Shown piece by piece: positions 19,643-30,379 of a stretch of 64,000 nucleotides of DNA. The notes below the pieces were generated by a model. That model was not told the origin of the DNA and searched no databases. It saw nothing but the letters and a program-made list of their open reading frames with translations. The position numbers and the translations under genes are program-made. Origin of the DNA: an uncultured bacterium (GTDB taxonomy: Bacteria; Verrucomicrobiota; Kiritimatiellia; PWTM01); NCBI GenBank assembly GCA_937139365.1, contig CAKZPT010000079.1, forward strand, positions 2,581 through 66,580, read 5' to 3'. Position 1 is the stretch's first letter, and each line of letters starts with the position of its first letter.

Positions 19643-20622
19643 GCAACCTCGTCCGGGACACGGCCATCGCGTTGCGCTTTGCGCCCCACTCCAACTCCTC
19701 GCGGTTCGTCGTGTGGTTCGGGCGGGAGCAGGGCCGCTTCGTAACCCTGATCCGGGGCGCCCAGCGGCCAAAAAGTTTTTTTCTCGGCCAATGTGACCTC
19801 TTCGCCACCAGCGACATCGTCTTCTACCGCCATCCCCGCCACCCGGTGCACCTGGCACGGGAATGCGCGCTCGTCCGGGCGCGGCCCGTCCTGCGCCGCG
19901 ACTGGCGCGCCGCCGCGGCCGCGTCGTACGCCTCCGACTTGCTGCAGCGCAGTCTCCCTCGCGAGGAGCCGCACCCCCGCCTTTATAACGTGGTCTCCGA
20001 CTGGCTCGACACCCTCGGTTCGCCGCGTCCGGTGGAGCCGGATCTGTGCTGGTTCGAGCTAGCGTACCTTGCGGCGGAAGGACTGGCCCCGCGCCTCCAG
20101 GGTTGCGTCGCCTGCGGCGCGGCGCTCGACGCCGGCCGGCCCGCGCGGTTTGTCACGGGCCGGGGCGGGTTCCTCTGCGGCCGCTGCGACACCGGCCCGG
20201 CTGGCTCTCGCACATTTCGCCTCGGGCCCGCCGACCTGGCCGTCCTGCGCTCGTGGCAGGCGGCGGAACGTCCCCGCCGGCTGGACGCCTCCGGCGTTCC
20301 GCCCGAGACCGTGCGGCGGATTGCCGATCTGCTCGGGGATTTCCTGCGGCACCACCTCAACCTCCCCTTGCCCAGCCGCGACCTTGCCTTCGAGATCATC
20401 CGGTTCCGACCCCGTCGTGCCGCGTTGTCGCCAAACGCCGGCGCGACTAAGATCGCCATGGGTGGGCGAGTGGCGGAATCGGCAGACGCGCAAGACTTAG
20501 GATCTTGTGGAGTCATCCGTGGGGGTTCGAGTCCCCCCTCGCCCACCAACCCTGTCGCGGAGAACATGCGCCCAACGGAGACCGCCGATGACCGGTACGA
20601 CCCGGATCAGCCTGTCGCTTGA
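19639..20622 (+). CDS. recO: DNA repair protein RecO; ORF reads through the downstream tRNA
   Basis: N-terminal OB fold (SNSSRFV...RGAQRPKS), Zn motif CVAC...CGRC. Recognisable homology ends near 20400. First in-frame stop at 20620-20622. Confidence 0.8.
   Translation: MSNLVRDTAIALRFAPHSNSSRFVVWFGREQGRFVTLIRGAQRPKSFFLGQCDLFATSDIVFYRHPRHPVHLARECALVRARPVLRRDWRAAAAASYASDLLQRSLPREEPHPRLYNVVSDWLDTLGSPRPVEPDLCWFELAYLAAEGLAPRLQGCVACGAALDAGRPARFVTGRGGFLCGRCDTGPAGSRTFRLGPADLAVLRSWQAAERPRRLDASGVPPETVRRIADLLGDFLRHHLNLPLPSRDLAFEIIRFRPRRAALSPNAGATKIAMGGRVAESADAQDLGSCGVIRGGSSPPSPTNPVAENMRPTETADDRYDPDQPVA
20425..20453 (+). promoter_or_regulatory. Putative sigma70 promoter of tRNA-Leu
   Basis: TTGTCG-N17-TAAGAT, 10 nt before the tRNA 5' end. 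Confidence 0.55.
20464..20548 (+). tRNA. tRNA-Leu (anticodon TAG)
   Basis: Acceptor stem GGGCGAG/CTCGCCC, D-arm TGGCGGAATCGGCAGACGC, anticodon stem CAAGA-CTTAGGA-TCTTG, long variable arm, GGTTCGAGTCC, encoded CCA. Confidence 0.97.
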
Positions 20623-21004
20623 CCACGCCCTAGCGGCCGCGTTCGACCAGCACGTCCGACGCGAAGGCGCGCCCAGCCGTTCCAAGGCCTTCGCCGACCT
20701 GATCCGGCGACATCTGGTCGAACGCGAATGGGCGGAAGGCCGGGAAGTCGCTGGCGCCGTTACCGTCCTCTATGACCGCCACCGCAGCGACCTCGTCCGC
20801 CGGCTCAACCGGATCCAGCACGACCACCATCGCCATATCCTCGCGGTGCAGCACTTTCACCTCGACCACCACCGATGTTTGGAGATTCTCGCTGTCCGCG
20901 GACGGCCCGAGGAAATCCGGCGGCTCGTCGAGCGGATGTCGGCGCTGAAGGGGATCAAGGCCGTATCCGTAGCCGGCGCCTCCACCGGGCGGCAGCTACC
21001 GTGA
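20588..21004 (+). CDS. nikR: Nickel-responsive transcriptional regulator NikR
   Basis: RHH N-terminus (RISLSL...[11 protein letters not shown]), [18 protein letters not shown]. Confidence 0.88.
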   Translation: MTGTTRISLSLDHALAAAFDQHVRREGAPSRSKAFADLIRRHLVEREWAEGREVAGAVTVLYDRHRSDLVRRLNRIQHDHHRHILAVQHFHLDHHRCLEILAVRGRPEEIRRLVERMSALKGIKAVSVAGASTGRQLP

Positions 21005-21020
21005 CCCCGGAGGGGACGCG

Positions 21021-22328
21021 ATGGAACGCTTTTCGATGGGGATCGGCGACCGCTTCGGCCGCGAAGGCCGCGCTCAACTGGCCGCCTTCGCCGCGGCGCG
21101 AGGCGAGGGGATTGAGGCGACCCCGGTCTGGAACAAGTCGCACCGCGAGCACCGTCTGACCGGGACGGCGCCGATTGACGTCCGTCGCGAGGCCGAAGCC
21201 GCCGTCGCCGCGCTCGGCTGGACCGGCTCGTAGCACGTGGATGTTGATCACATCTGACCCTCAAACGTCCATGCCTTCGTCGAGTGGAGCGATGTTTTCA
21301 CGATCGATGTCGCCGGCGCGATCGGCCGCGAACCGCCAGCCGGGGAGCTGGGCGCATTCGAGGAGTTCCTTCGCGCGCACCTGCCGGCGACGGTCGAGCT
21401 GCCCGACGGGACGCGCGCGCTCGACCCCGCCCGCGTGGCCGTCGCGGCGAGCGCATGTCTGGAGGCCGCCCGCGAGGCGGCCGCCACATGTGCGCTGATC
21501 CGTGAGGGGGCCGGTGACCGCGCGGTTCACATCGAGGTCTCGATGGACGAGACCGACCGCCCACAGTTGCCCGAGCACCTGTTCGTCATTCTCGCCGCGC
21601 TTGCCCGGTTCGGGGTTCCGGTTCGGACCCTGGCGCCGCGATTTCCCGGAGCGTTTCACAAGGGCGTGGACTACCAGGGGGATATCGAGGAGTTTGCCCG
21701 CCATTTCACCGCCTGCGTCCAGGTTCTCCGGACGGGCCGCGAGGTCTTCGGACTTCCGGCCGATTTGCGGTTGAGCCTCCACTCGGGCAGCGACAAATTC
21801 GCGCTTTATCCGGCCATTCGCGACATCCTGCGCCGGACCGGCGCCGGCCTCCACGTGAAGGCCGCAGGCACGACATGGCTGGAGGAATTCGCGGGGCCGG
21901 CGGCCGCCGGCGGCGGCGCGCTCGCGCTGGCCAAGGAGGTGTACCGGCAGGCCTGGCCGGCATACGAGGAACTCGTCGCGCCCTACGCCGCCGTGGTCGA
22001 CATCCGCCGCGAACGGCTCCCGTCGCCGGATGAGATCCGGCGGTGGTCGGCGGCCGAATTTGTCGCCGCGGTCGTCCACGATCCCACCAACCCCGCGTTC
22101 CAGCCCGACCTTCGCCAGTTTCTGCACGTGGCGTACCCGGTGGCGGCCCGGATGAGCGCCGAGTTTCTCTCGGCCCTCGACGCGCACCGGTCGGAGATCG
22201 AGCCGCGCGTCACGTCCAACCTGCTGGTCCGGCATTTGCGCCCCTGTTCGCCCCCGAAGCGCCGAGCGGTTCGCCCACTCTCGGTGCAAGGGGGCTGCTT
22301 GCGCAATCTGCCGCCGAGTGGAAGCTAA
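21021..22328 (+). pseudogene. uxaE: Tagaturonate/fructuronate epimerase (UxaE family) with two in-frame stops
   Basis: SMGIGDRFG, PVWNKSHREH, then S*HVDVDHI*PSNV (TAG 21231-21233 and a TGA 8 codons later), FTIDVA, EVSMDETD, APRFPGAFHKGVDY, SLHSGSDKF, HVKAAGTTWLEE. Confidence 0.85.
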
Positions 22329-22338
22329 CTTGGCAACG

Positions 22339-22385
22339 TTCCAACCCTTGGATAGTGTGACGGTCAGGAGTTCCAATCATTGAAA
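22339..22385. repeat. Palindromic repeat array 2: 2 x TTCCAA-N3-TTGGAA-like, 32-bp period
   Basis: TTCCAACCCTTGGAT at 22339-22353 and TTCCAATCATTGAAA at 22371-22385. Confidence 0.8.
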
Positions 22386-22409
22386 ACCACAGACCTCGGC
22401 CCCGCGCGG

Positions 22410-23723
22410 ATGGACCGCCGCCGTTTTCTCACGATGGGCGCCACGGCCGCCGCGGCGGGGGCGACCGGCTGCGTGACCAATCCGGTGACGGGAAAATCGG
22501 AGTTTTCCCTCATTGGCCCCGACGACGAGGTGCGGATGGATCGCACCAACGCGCCGCATCAGATTTCGGCCGATTACGGCGTGCTCCTCCATCCCGCCGT
22601 TCGGTCGTACGTCGAGTCGGTGGGGCAGAGTTTGGTCGCCGTGTGCCACCGTCCCGGCATGCCCTACTCCTTTCGTCCGGTCTACGCCTCCTACATCAAC
22701 GCGTACGCGTTCCCCGGCGGCACCATCGTGGCCTCGCGGGGCATCCTGCTGGAGCTTGAAAACGAGGCCCAACTGGCCGGGCTGTTGGGCCACGAGATCG
22801 GGCACGTCTGCGCGCGCCACACCGCCAAACGGATGACATCGGCGATCGTGACGCAGCTGGCCGTGGCCGGCATCGCGGCGGCGATCGAGGCCAAGGGGCA
22901 CGGGAACACCGCCGCCGTCGTCGCCGGCCTTGGGGCGGTGGCGGGCGGTGCGCTGCTGGCCCGCTACAGCCGCGACGACGAGCGGCAGGCCGACGCCCTC
23001 GGCATGGAGTACATGGTCAAGGCCGGCCACAACGCCGAGGGCATGGTCGGCCTGATGGACATCCTGCTGCGTCAGGAGAAGCACAAACCATCTGCGCTCG
23101 AGATGATGTTCGCCACTCATCCGCTTAGTCGCGAGCGGCGCGACACGGCCGCGGAGCGCGCGCGCACGACGTGGGCGGCCGGCGCCGGGCTGCCGCTCGG
23201 ACGGGAGCGTTTCATGGACGCGACCGCCCCTCTGCGGCCGATGAAGCCGATCGTGGCTGCGGTGCAGCGGGGCGACGAGTCCATGGCCCGCGGCAACCCC
23301 GGCGAGGCCAAGCCCGCCTACGCCGCCGCGCTGGCCGCCGGTCCGGAGGACTACGAGGCGCTGCTGAAAATGGCCGCCTGCTGCATCGCGCTGGGCCGCC
23401 CCGGCGAAGGGCGTCCCTACGCTCAGCGCGCCCGCGCCGCCCATCCCGACGAACCGCAGGCCCTGCACGTCCTCGGGATGATCGCCCTCTTGACGCGCCA
23501 GCCGGACCAGGCCCACGAACACTTCGTGGAGTACGAGCGGCGGCTGCCCGGCAACCCGGCGACGGTCTTTCTCGACGGCCTTGCGCTGGAGCGAATGGGC
23601 CGCCGGCAAGAGGCCGCGCGGCGTTATCTCGAGTTCCTCCAATCCGGCGCGCAGGGGGACGAGGCCAACCACGCGCGCCATCGGCTGATCGAGTGGGGCG
23701 TCATCCAGCCCGCCGCCAAATGA
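22410..23723 (+). CDS. M48 family metalloprotease with TPR repeats (Tat/lipoprotein signal; BepA-like)
   Basis: DRRRFL plus GATGC lipobox, [29 protein letters not shown]-terminal TPRs. Confidence 0.88.
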   Translation: MDRRRFLTMGATAAAAGATGCVTNPVTGKSEFSLIGPDDEVRMDRTNAPHQISADYGVLLHPAVRSYVESVGQSLVAVCHRPGMPYSFRPVYASYINAYAFPGGTIVASRGILLELENEAQLAGLLGHEIGHVCARHTAKRMTSAIVTQLAVAGIAAAIEAKGHGNTAAVVAGLGAVAGGALLARYSRDDERQADALGMEYMVKAGHNAEGMVGLMDILLRQEKHKPSALEMMFATHPLSRERRDTAAERARTTWAAGAGLPLGRERFMDATAPLRPMKPIVAAVQRGDESMARGNPGEAKPAYAAALAAGPEDYEALLKMAACCIALGRPGEGRPYAQRARAAHPDEPQALHVLGMIALLTRQPDQAHEHFVEYERRLPGNPATVFLDGLALERMGRRQEAARRYLEFLQSGAQGDEANHARHRLIEWGVIQPAAK

Positions 23724-23733
23724 GGTACCACGC

Positions 23734-24435
23734 ATGCCCCCCGAGCTGATCGTCGCGCTGGATCTGCCCGACCTCGCCGCGATCGGACCGCTTGTGGACC
23801 GACTTCCGGACGGGGTGCGCTGGTACAAGGTCGGCCTCGAGTTGTTCGCCGCAGCCGGCCCCGCGGCGTTGGATCCGTTGCGCGAGCGCGGCCGGCGCGT
23901 GTTTCTCGACCTCAAGCTTCACGACATTCCGCGAACGGTCGAACGGGCGGTCCGGTCTGCAGCGGGCCACGGAGTCGGGCTGCTGACCCTACATGCCTCG
24001 GGCGGCCCGGCCATGATCGCCGCGGCCGCGCGGGCCGCCCGCGAACTCGGTCCCGAGCGACCGCGCATCGTCGCCGTGACGGTGTTGACCAGCCTCGATG
24101 CGGCCGACCTGGCGCGCATCGGCGTCGCTCGGCCGCCCGCGGACCAGGCCGAGGAACTGGCGGCGATGGCCGTGGAGGCCGGCGCGGACGGTGTCGTCTG
24201 TTCGGCGCTCGAGGCCGCGCGCCTGCGGGCACGGCTGGGGCCGTCGGCCCTCCTGATCACTCCGGGGATCCGCCTGCCATGCGGAGAGGCGGGCGATCAG
24301 AAGCGCGTGGCCACCCCGGCGGCAGCGGCCCGGGCGGGCGCCGACTTCGTCGTCGTTGGCCGGCCGATCCTCGACGCGCCCGACCCGGCCGCCGCGGCGA
24401 CCGCGGTCCTTGCCGAGCTGCGGGCGACGGGATGA
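23734..24435 (+). CDS. pyrF: Orotidine-5'-phosphate decarboxylase
   Basis: [50 protein letters not shown]. Confidence 0.96.
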   Translation: MPPELIVALDLPDLAAIGPLVDRLPDGVRWYKVGLELFAAAGPAALDPLRERGRRVFLDLKLHDIPRTVERAVRSAAGHGVGLLTLHASGGPAMIAAAARAARELGPERPRIVAVTVLTSLDAADLARIGVARPPADQAEELAAMAVEAGADGVVCSALEAARLRARLGPSALLITPGIRLPCGEAGDQKRVATPAAAARAGADFVVVGRPILDAPDPAAAATAVLAELRATG

Positions 24436-24460
24436 GCCCGCCCCGCAGCCCGCCGGCGCC

Positions 24461-25945
24461 ATGACCGCAGCGTTCTGGTTCGAGCTGGGCACGGTGGCCC
24501 ATTTCCTGGCCGCGGCGGCCGCCTCGATCCACGCGATCCGGCTCAAGCGAGAGGCCAGCTCGGCGCTGCTGTGGCTGTTCCTCATCTGGTCCTTTCCCTT
24601 CGCGGGCGCGGCGGTGTACGTCGTGTTCGGGATCGACCGCATTGCCGACCACGCCATGCGCCGCGCGGCCGCGCACGGCGCCTTTTGTGGCGAGCGGGGC
24701 GCGCGCGCCGAGGACCCGCTCGCGATGGCCTACTGGCGACGCGTCCGCGAGGAACAGGCCATAGCGCCGAGCTCGGAGGAGGCCGCGGCGCTCCACCGTG
24801 CCATGGATGCCCTGCTTCCGGACTTTCCCCTCCTTGGCGGCAACCGGATCGACCTTTTGGTCACCGGCGAGGAGGCCTACCCCCGAATGTTGGACGCCAT
24901 CCGCGCGGCGCGGCACCACGTCCACCTCCAGACCTTCATTCTCGCCAACGATCCGGTCGGGCGGCGGTTCATGGATCTGCTGGTCGACAAGGCCTCCGAG
25001 GGCGTCGAGGTGCGGCTCCTGTACGACCGGTTTGGCTCCACGCCCGCGATCGTCACCGGCTTCCTCCGGCGCTACCGCGGACGCCATCCGAACTTGCGGC
25101 TCGCCGGATGGACCCTGGCCCAACCGCTCCGACGGCAGTTTCAGGTGAACCTGCGCAACCACCGCAAGATCCTCGTCGTGGATGGGCGCATCGCGTTCAC
25201 CGGGGGCCTCAATCTCTCCGGGGTCAACGCGACGGCCGACGGCCGCCCGCCCGACCGCGATGTTCACTTCGAGGTCCGCGGCCCGGCCGTGCACGAGCTG
25301 CAGTTCTCGTTTTTGAGCGACTGGCATTTTATGACGGCCGAACCGGTGGACCGCCTTCTCCGGGCCGAACTGTTTCCCTCGCTGGTGCCGGAGGGCAGCA
25401 CGCCACTCCGGATCGTCAACGGCGGACCGACGCTCGATGGCGAGGTGATGTCCGACGTCGTGTTCCTACTGCTCGCCGCCGCCCGTCGGCGGATCGTGCT
25501 GGTAACCCCCTATTTCGTGCCGCCGCCGGACATTCTTCGCGGCCTGCGCGCCGCCTCGCTCCGCGGCGTCGATGTCCGGTTGCTGGTGCCCCAGGTCAAC
25601 AACCACGTCTACGCCGGCTTGGCGGGCCGGTCGTACTACGGCGCCGTCCTCGCCGCGGGCGGTCGTATTTTCGAGCGAGCCCCGCCGTTCATGCACACCA
25701 AGGCGCTGTTGATCGACGACGGCGTCGCCATGGTCGGCACTGCCAATCTCGATTCGCGCAGCCTGCGGCTGAACTACGAGACGAATCTCGTGGCGATGGA
25801 CGCCCGCTTCACGTCGCGGCTGGACGCGGCGATCGGAGAGGAATTCCGGCGCGCACACGAGATCCGGCCGGCGGACTGGGCGGCCCGTCCGGCGCGCCAC
25901 CAGCTCCTGGAGCGAGCTTGCGCGCTGCTTTCGCCGATTCTCTAG
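24461..25945 (+). CDS. cls: Cardiolipin synthase
   Basis: N-terminal TMs and two HKD motifs (RNHRKILVVDG, MHTKALLIDD), ANLDSRSLRLNYE. Confidence 0.92.
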   Translation: MTAAFWFELGTVAHFLAAAAASIHAIRLKREASSALLWLFLIWSFPFAGAAVYVVFGIDRIADHAMRRAAAHGAFCGERGARAEDPLAMAYWRRVREEQAIAPSSEEAAALHRAMDALLPDFPLLGGNRIDLLVTGEEAYPRMLDAIRAARHHVHLQTFILANDPVGRRFMDLLVDKASEGVEVRLLYDRFGSTPAIVTGFLRRYRGRHPNLRLAGWTLAQPLRRQFQVNLRNHRKILVVDGRIAFTGGLNLSGVNATADGRPPDRDVHFEVRGPAVHELQFSFLSDWHFMTAEPVDRLLRAELFPSLVPEGSTPLRIVNGGPTLDGEVMSDVVFLLLAAARRRIVLVTPYFVPPPDILRGLRAASLRGVDVRLLVPQVNNHVYAGLAGRSYYGAVLAAGGRIFERAPPFMHTKALLIDDGVAMVGTANLDSRSLRLNYETNLVAMDARFTSRLDAAIGEEFRRAHEIRPADWAARPARHQLLERACALLSPIL

Positions 25946-26040
25946 CGCGAGCAGGCCGCCGCACTCGCCAGATGGGCGCCGATGCCCGGGCGTTCCGCGC
26001 CTGCGCCCCTGCCGGGGCCGGGGCGAAGCGGCCGGGGCGA

Positions 26041-27159
26041 TCAGAGCGGCGACATGGGGGCCAGCGGCTCGAACGACGTTCGCTCGTCGAACCGGCGGCT
26101 ACGGCGGGCTCGAAGCACCGCATCCTCCGGCGGCGCCTCGAGGAAGAGCGCGTCGGCGTCGGGAAACTCCCGCTCCAGCCAGCGCAATCCCTCGTCGGGG
26201 CCGAGGATCAGGAGCACGGTGGACAACCCGTCGGCGGTGACGCAGTCGTCGGCGATCACCGTGACGCTCATTCCCGCACGTGGGACCGCACGGCCGGTCC
26301 GGCCGTCAAAGACGTGGGTGACCGGCCGGCCCGCGGCATCCCGCCGCTGGCGCCGGTAGCCGCCCGAGGTGGCCACGGCCAGGTCGGACACCTGCAGCAC
26401 GCCGGCCAGCCGCTCGCCGGGCAGGGTCTCGGCGCGCGGCTGGTCGATGCCGATGCGCCACCGCCGGCCCGCGGCGTTGCGCCCAGCCGCGTACAACTCG
26501 CCGCCGACCTCGACCATGAAATCCCGTGCGCCGAGGGCGCGCAGCCGCGCGGCGATCCGGTCCACGGTCCATCCCTGCGCAACGGCGTTCAGGTCCAGCT
26601 CCATCCCCTCGCGGCGCTTGATCATCGCCGGCGGCGGTCCCTCGTCGAGAATCCAGTCGCGCCATCCGACCGCCTCGAGGGCACGCGAGAGTTCGACGTC
26701 GTCGGGAGGGCGCGCGGGCGTGTCGGGTCCGAATCCCCAACGGCGCAAAACGGTCCCCAGGGTAGGGTCGAAGGCCCCGCTCGTGCGGGCGGCGAGATCC
26801 CGGGCCAGCGTCGCCACACGGTGGAAGCCGGGCGAGCTTTCGAATCGTTCCCCGGCCGGGGTGCGGTTGAACCGGGCGATTTCGCTGTTGGTGTTCCATA
26901 GCGAAAACGCGCCGTCCGCCTCCGCAAGGGCTTGGTGAACGCCCTCCTCCACGGCTCCGCCGGCGACGCGGGGCGGCACCCGAACCCGCACGTGGTACCA
27001 CGTGCCCTGAGCCTCGCCGCTCCACTCCGCCATCCCGCCGGTGGGGGCGTGCCGGCGAAGGGACCACACGGTCGCGCCGAGCACGGTGGACGCCACCAGG
27101 AGCGTGCGCCAGAGGTCGAATCGGCGCGGCTGGACAAGGCGCGGGCGGGCGTCGGGCAT
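26041..27159 (-). CDS. apbE: FAD:protein FMN transferase ApbE
   Basis: QGTWY, SEIARFN, GAFDPTLG, LDLNAVAQG, VEVGGE, ATSGGYR, ADGLST. Directly downstream of nqrF. Confidence 0.9.
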   Translation of the reverse strand: MPDARPRLVQPRRFDLWRTLLVASTVLGATVWSLRRHAPTGGMAEWSGEAQGTWYHVRVRVPPRVAGGAVEEGVHQALAEADGAFSLWNTNSEIARFNRTPAGERFESSPGFHRVATLARDLAARTSGAFDPTLGTVLRRWGFGPDTPARPPDDVELSRALEAVGWRDWILDEGPPPAMIKRREGMELDLNAVAQGWTVDRIAARLRALGARDFMVEVGGELYAAGRNAAGRRWRIGIDQPRAETLPGERLAGVLQVSDLAVATSGGYRRQRRDAAGRPVTHVFDGRTGRAVPRAGMSVTVIADDCVTADGLSTVLLILGPDEGLRWLEREFPDADALFLEAPPEDAVLRARRSRRFDERTSFEPLAPMSPL

Positions 27160-27169
27160 CCGGACCGCC

Positions 27170-28405
27170 TCACCCGAACTCGTCGTAGGCGATCATGTCC
27201 TTTTCGACGCCGAGGTCGAACAGCATCCGGTTGACCGCCGCGATCATCATCGGCGGGCCGCAAAGATAGTACTCGATCTCCGTCGGGTCGGGGTGGTCCT
27301 TCAGATAAAGATCGTAGACGACCTTGTGGATGAACCCGGTCGGCCCGTCCCAGCGGTCCTCCGGCAGCGGCTCGCTCAGTGCGACCGTGTAGCGGAAGTT
27401 GGGAAACTGCGCGGCGATCGCGCGGAAATCCTCGTCGTAGAACATCTCGCGGCGGGACCGGGCGCCGTACCAGAAGCTGACCTTCCGCGCGGTACGGCGG
27501 GTCAGGAACAGGTCGAAGATGTGGCTGCGCATCGGCGCCATGCCCGCGCCGCCGCCGATGTAGAGCATCTCCCGCTCCGTCTCCTTCGCGAAGAACTCCC
27601 CGTAGGGACCGCTGAGCATGACCTTGTCACCGGGTTTGAGGCTGAACATGTACGTCGAGGCCAGGCCAGGCTGAACGCCGGGCATCCCAGGGGGCGGGGT
27701 CGCGATCCGGACGTTCAGCATGACGATCCCGGACTCGGCGGGGTGGTTGGCCATCGAATAGGCGCGGAAAATCGGCTCCGGATTGGTCGCCGTAAGAGCC
27801 CAGAGGCCGTACTTGTCCCACGCGTCGCGGAAGCGCTCGTCAATGTCGAACGATCGGAACGAGAGGTCGCGGTAGGGGGGGATGTCGATCTGGATGTAGC
27901 CGCCGGCCCGGAAGTTCAGTGTCATGCCCGGTGGCAGATCGAGGACCAGCTCCTTGATGAACGTGGCGACGTTCCGGTTGGAGCGGACGGTCGCCTCGAA
28001 CTTCCGGATCTCGAGGACCTCGGCCGGCACCCGGATGCGCAGGTCGCGTTTGACCCTCAACTGGCAGGCGAGCCGCCACCCCTCGCGGGCCATCGCGCGC
28101 GAGATGTGGCCGGCCTCGGTCGGCAGCAGCTCACCCCCGCCCTCGGTGACGATGCACTTGCACATCGCGCAGGTGCCGCCGCCGCCGCAGGCGGAGGGAA
28201 GGAAAATCTTCTGCGCGGCCAGCGCGGACAGCAGCGTCGGCCCGGAGTCCACCGTCAGACGCTTCTGGCCGTCGTTGACGTCAATCGTCACCGGCCCCGA
28301 GGGCACCAGACGGCGCGAGGCGGCGTTGAGTCCGGCGACGAACAAGAGAATGAGGCCGGTGAACACGGCCGCGCTGACGGCCATCAGCAGAATCAATTCG
28401 CCCAT
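27170..28405 (-). CDS. nqrF: Na(+)-NQR subunit F
   Basis: 2Fe-2S motif [12 protein letters not shown]...[33 protein letters not shown]. Confidence 0.96.
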   Translation of the reverse strand: MGELILLMAVSAAVFTGLILLFVAGLNAASRRLVPSGPVTIDVNDGQKRLTVDSGPTLLSALAAQKIFLPSACGGGGTCAMCKCIVTEGGGELLPTEAGHISRAMAREGWRLACQLRVKRDLRIRVPAEVLEIRKFEATVRSNRNVATFIKELVLDLPPGMTLNFRAGGYIQIDIPPYRDLSFRSFDIDERFRDAWDKYGLWALTATNPEPIFRAYSMANHPAESGIVMLNVRIATPPPGMPGVQPGLASTYMFSLKPGDKVMLSGPYGEFFAKETEREMLYIGGGAGMAPMRSHIFDLFLTRRTARKVSFWYGARSRREMFYDEDFRAIAAQFPNFRYTVALSEPLPEDRWDGPTGFIHKVVYDLYLKDHPDPTEIEYYLCGPPMMIAAVNRMLFDLGVEKDMIAYDEFG

Positions 28406-28417
28406 CGCCGTTCCGCC

Positions 28418-29032
28418 CTAGAGCTGGATGCCCGAGAAGATCATAAACGTCATCGCCATCAGGCCGGTCATGATCATGGTGATGCCGAGGCCGCGCAGCC
28501 CCGGCGGCACGTTCGAGTACCGGAGCTTGCGCCGGATCGCCCCCATCGCGACGATCGCCAGCGCCCACCCCGCCCCCGACGCCACGCCGAACACCGCGGC
28601 CTGCGCCGCGCCGTAGTTGCGCTCGACCATGAACAGCGACCCGCCGAGGATCGCGCAGTTCACCGTGATCAGCGGCAGGAAAATCCCCAGCGACTGATAA
28701 AGCCTCGGAAAGAACCGGTCCAGCGTCATCTCCACCAACTGGACCATCGAGGCGATCGTCGCGATGAAGACGATGAACGTCAGGAAGGACAAGTCCAGCG
28801 CCGCCAAGGCCGGCACGCCCGTCCAGGCCAGAGCCCCCGGCGCCAGAAAGACGCGGCGCAGCGCCCAGTTGACCGGCACGGTAATGGACTGGACGAAGAT
28901 CACGGCCACCCCCAGCCCGATCGCGGTCTCCATCCGCTTCGAGATCGCCAGAAACGAGCACATCCCGAGGAAGGAGGAGAGCAGGATGTTTTCGATGAAG
29001 ATGGACTTGATCGCGAGGCTGAGCAGCTCCAT
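28418..29032 (-). CDS. nqrE: Na(+)-NQR subunit E
   Basis: [46 protein letters not shown]. Confidence 0.95.
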   Translation of the reverse strand: MELLSLAIKSIFIENILLSSFLGMCSFLAISKRMETAIGLGVAVIFVQSITVPVNWALRRVFLAPGALAWTGVPALAALDLSFLTFIVFIATIASMVQLVEMTLDRFFPRLYQSLGIFLPLITVNCAILGGSLFMVERNYGAAQAAVFGVASGAGWALAIVAMGAIRRKLRYSNVPPGLRGLGITMIMTGLMAMTFMIFSGIQL

Positions 29033-29045
29033 GGCTCGGGTCTCC

Positions 29046-29672
29046 TCAGGCCGTCTCGTAATGGCGGATCAACGTCCGCTGGGCCCAGATCAGGAGCCCC
29101 AGCACGATGAACGCGCCGGGCGCCAGCAACAGAAGCCCGTTGTTGACGTAGCCGTGCCGGTAGAGCGCCGCCGGAACGACGGCGTGGCCGAACAGCCGAC
29201 CCGACCCCAGAAGCTCCCGCACCGTCGCGACGGCCACCAGCACAGCGCCGTACCCTAGGCCGTTGCCGAGCCCGTCGAGGACCGATGGGATCGGCGGGTT
29301 TTTCAGCGCGAACGCCTCCAGCCGCCCCATCACGATGCAGTTGGTGATGATCAGCCCCACGAACACGCTGAGCTGGCGGCTGATGTCGAACAGGTACGCC
29401 CGTAGAAACTGGTCGGCGAGGATGACCAGGGTCGAGACCACGACCATCTCGACGATCATCCGAATGCGGGAGGGCACCGAGTTGCGGATCAGCGAGATCA
29501 CCAGGTTCGAGCCGGTCGTCACCACGGTCAGCGCCAGCGCCATCACGACCGCGGTCTCGAGCTTCACCGTCACCGCCAGCGCCGAACAGATGCCGAGGAT
29601 CTGGATCGTGATTGGGTTGGATTCGGACAGCGGATCTTTGAGGGGTTTCCAGAACGTGGCCATGGCCCTCAT
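29046..29672 (-). CDS. nqrD: Na(+)-NQR subunit D
   Basis: [46 protein letters not shown]. Confidence 0.95.
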   Translation of the reverse strand: MRAMATFWKPLKDPLSESNPITIQILGICSALAVTVKLETAVVMALALTVVTTGSNLVISLIRNSVPSRIRMIVEMVVVSTLVILADQFLRAYLFDISRQLSVFVGLIITNCIVMGRLEAFALKNPPIPSVLDGLGNGLGYGAVLVAVATVRELLGSGRLFGHAVVPAALYRHGYVNNGLLLLAPGAFIVLGLLIWAQRTLIRHYETA

Positions 29673-30379
29673 CCCCCCTTGCCCATCGCCCGAAGGTACG
29701 GCGCATAGGCCTCGAGCGAACGGTTCAGAAACGACATCACCCCGCGGCCGGTCAGCGTCGCTCCGCTGATGCCGTCCACCACCACCCGCGACGCGTCGTC
29801 GGCCGCCCCAGGCGACGCGGCGCCCTTCGCGATGACGATCGGCCGGAGATGGTCGCCGTCGCGGATGCGTCGGCCCCGGAACTGCTCCTGAAACCACGGC
29901 TGCTCGATCTCGCCGCCCAGCCCCGGCGTCTCGCCGTGCCGGTAGAACGTTAACCCGACGATCTCCGAGAGCGTCGCGTCCAGCGCCAGGTAGCCGTAGA
30001 TCGTGGACCAGAGCCCTTTGCCCGAGACCGGGAACGCATGGCGGGCGGGTCGTCCGTCCTCGATCCACTGGAACACCGGCAACGCCGGCGAGCCGGCCGC
30101 GGGCGCGGAGGTCGTGACCGTGCCAGCGGCCGGGTCGAACCAGACCTCCCGGACGCTGTGCGCATACAGGGCGTTTACCTGCGCCGCGGGCAGACGCCGG
30201 CCGCGTCCGTCCGTTACGGCCGCCCCCAACGCCTTCAAGACGTTGAACCGCCGGTCCAGTTCGGACATCCGCTCCTGGCGGGCTCGGAGGCCGGCGCTGG
30301 CGCCGGCCAGCAGGGCGCTGGCCGCCAGGCAGACCGCGCCGGCATACGCCAGCACATACCCCTCGCCCGACCTAGGCAC
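29669..30379 (-). CDS. nqrC: Na(+)-NQR subunit C
   Basis: [25 protein letters not shown], flavinylation motif DGISGATLT. The start may instead be ATG 30418. Confidence 0.92.
   Translation of the reverse strand: MPRSGEGYVLAYAGAVCLAASALLAGASAGLRARQERMSELDRRFNVLKALGAAVTDGRGRRLPAAQVNALYAHSVREVWFDPAAGTVTTSAPAAGSPALPVFQWIEDGRPARHAFPVSGKGLWSTIYGYLALDATLSEIVGLTFYRHGETPGLGGEIEQPWFQEQFRGRRIRDGDHLRPIVIAKGAASPGAADDASRVVVDGISGATLTGRGVMSFLNRSLEAYAPYLRAMGKGG

Noticed and set aside
20464-20548. tRNA-Leu as attachment site of an integrated element
   Set aside because: No integrase and no duplicated tRNA 3' end seen in the window.
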